From Utricularia gibba (taxonomy: Eukaryota; Plantae; Magnoliophyta), in NCBI GenBank assembly GCA_002189035.1, contig NEEC01000010.1, forward strand, positions 3,162,001 to 3,226,000: DNA of 64,000 nt. The letters run 5' to 3'. The translations under genes were made by a program, and so were the position numbers. The notes below the pieces were generated by a model that was given only the letters and a program-made list of their open reading frames with translations, was not told where the DNA came from and made no database searches. Positions 62,432 through 64,000 of the stretch are shown here, in pieces; the first letter of the stretch is position 1, and every line of letters begins with the position of its first letter.

Positions 62432-64000
62432 TCAGCTGGTTTGAAGCTCAGGCCACATGTTTCTTGCTGAAGGCAATCCTGCGACCACATCTTCTTCAAT
62501 GCCACATTCGTTTACCCCTCTCACGATTTTGAAATATCCATCCTGTGGAATAGCGTTTGTGGTGTCTCAGTGAGTTCACAAGGCAGGGAGAGTTATTCAA
62601 GATAGTTGGTAGCTAGCAAAAGGGCTGCAACCAGAACGCATACCTCACCCCAGCTTCTGTTCCACTGGTTAGCTAAAAGCTGCAGAGATGAAAAACAAAA
62701 GGAAATGTAAGAGCGCTGTGGAGTATAACCGATGGAAGAAAGACGGTGTGAGATGGTGAAGTACTCACCCAGTAGTCCTCTCCAGCATCAGTTGTTCCCC
62801 AGCCGATGAGTTTAACGGCGTGGCCTCCTATTTCACCGCCCAGTATGTGTCTATAGACTCCAGAAGTGTAGTGAGCAAAGTCCTGCAGGCAACTGACATG
62901 TGGTTATGCTCTGAAGATTCGCACCGAAGCCCACAAACTCATTCTTGCCTGATACACTGTGAATGAAACTTCAACTGGTCCATTCGTGAATATTTCAGCC
63001 ATTATGCTGTATGGATCGGACCGGATCCGGTAAGCGTTGACAGAAAAGTGTTTTGAGTTTGCCCATAGCAAGTTCTGTGCACTGCACTTGTTTGGGCATG
63101 TTGGTGTGGGATACTCAGGCTCGCACCCAGGGTGAGAGCAGCCTTGGGTGTCGAAGTAGGGATCACACTGCAGAACAAAAAGAAAAGCTACTGAAATGTG
63201 CCCACATTGCATACTATGCATGCAAAACATAGTAGAAATAAATGGATTCTTTGCATCCAGAATATGTAAAACCTGCTCAGTCACAACACCAGTCTCCACA
63301 AAGTATTGCCATGCCAAGATGGGGTAACCCCCATCACAACCATCGCCACAAGAGTCACAGCATGCTAGAAGATCATTGGCTGAGAGGGAAAGATTCTGCA
63401 GAATAAGGGATGAATTAGGAGATTTCATTTTATTCATAGTACTTAGAATGTTACCGTATGAAACGGGTCAAAGAAGTTCACTACTAAACCTGGCCAAACC
63501 GGATGCAAAATCGATCAGAGAGAGACTCTACCGCTCCAAAAGCCCAACAAGAACCACAGTGCCCCTGAAAGACAGAAATGGCCTCAAATACAACCAATCA
63601 TAACACAGGAAAAGCTGTCAACCAGGAAAGCAAGTTACCTGGTCTTTAGTTTCAAAAATTCCAGTCAACAGAAATCCAATGAAGAATAGGAAAGAAGAAA
63701 TCAATATTAGAATCTGATACAGCAAGTTCAACCCAGTAAGCGACATGAGACTGACCAAGTATTCTACTGATTGTACTGCACTGAGGCCAAGCTTGTCGTG
63801 CATCAAAGTTTTCTGGCAAATTCATGACTCTTTTGTGAGAAACCACAGGTGCTACTATCGAATTACCCTCTGGCAACGGTTTCACCCCAAGAAGACGCTT
63901 AAATTCACTAATCTGATATGAAAGTAAACGTGTTATCATCAATTATCAAGTTTACTGTTAATTATTACCTCCAAAAAAAACTGCAACAAGCCAGGAAATC
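62432..64000 (-). CDS. CTSB: Cathepsin B-like cysteine protease, 5' part outside window
   Basis: [25 protein letters not shown] (catalytic Cys), [18 protein letters not shown] (His), ANQWNRSWG (Asn), [15 protein letters not shown]. Confidence 0.96.

Overview
This is a very gene-dense stretch of a eudicot plant nuclear genome, with about 24 intact or near-intact genes in 64 kb, most introns about 65-100 nt and several intergenic gaps under 200 nt. Gene order: SF1 (3' end), CNR6/PLAC8, a conserved 148-aa unknown protein, importin-alpha, an ERdj3B pseudogene, a PLIP lipase, SAR1, a DUF4228 remnant, GMP synthase, a CP12 pseudogene, an unidentified remnant, stachyose synthase, an intronless WRKY23-like gene, LACS1, PII/GLB1, DUF952, PP2C, ubiquitin-RPS27a, TRM13, a TolB-like protein, a conserved unknown protein, ATG8, FAM192A/NIP30, L-cysteine desulfhydrase, PAT18, PPO1, a paladin-like phosphatase and cathepsin B (5' part outside the window). 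The compactness suggests a miniature Lamiales-type genome such as Lentibulariaceae; this is inference only. I saw no tRNA, rRNA, CRISPR array or intact transposon, and no evidence of a new biochemical pathway. The best second-look signals are: (1) several deletion-eroded pseudogenes between intact neighbours, consistent with fractionation after genome duplication; (2) a WRKY gene lacking both conserved introns; (3) short echoes of exon sequence inside introns with a 60-68 nt period; (4) a 5-nt microexon carrying the cathepsin B oxyanion-hole Gln; (5) six single-base homopolymer deletions in otherwise intact genes, probably consensus errors; and (6) spacers too short for an independent terminator plus promoter. 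Family calls and Arabidopsis comparisons come from my recall of known sequences, not from database searches.
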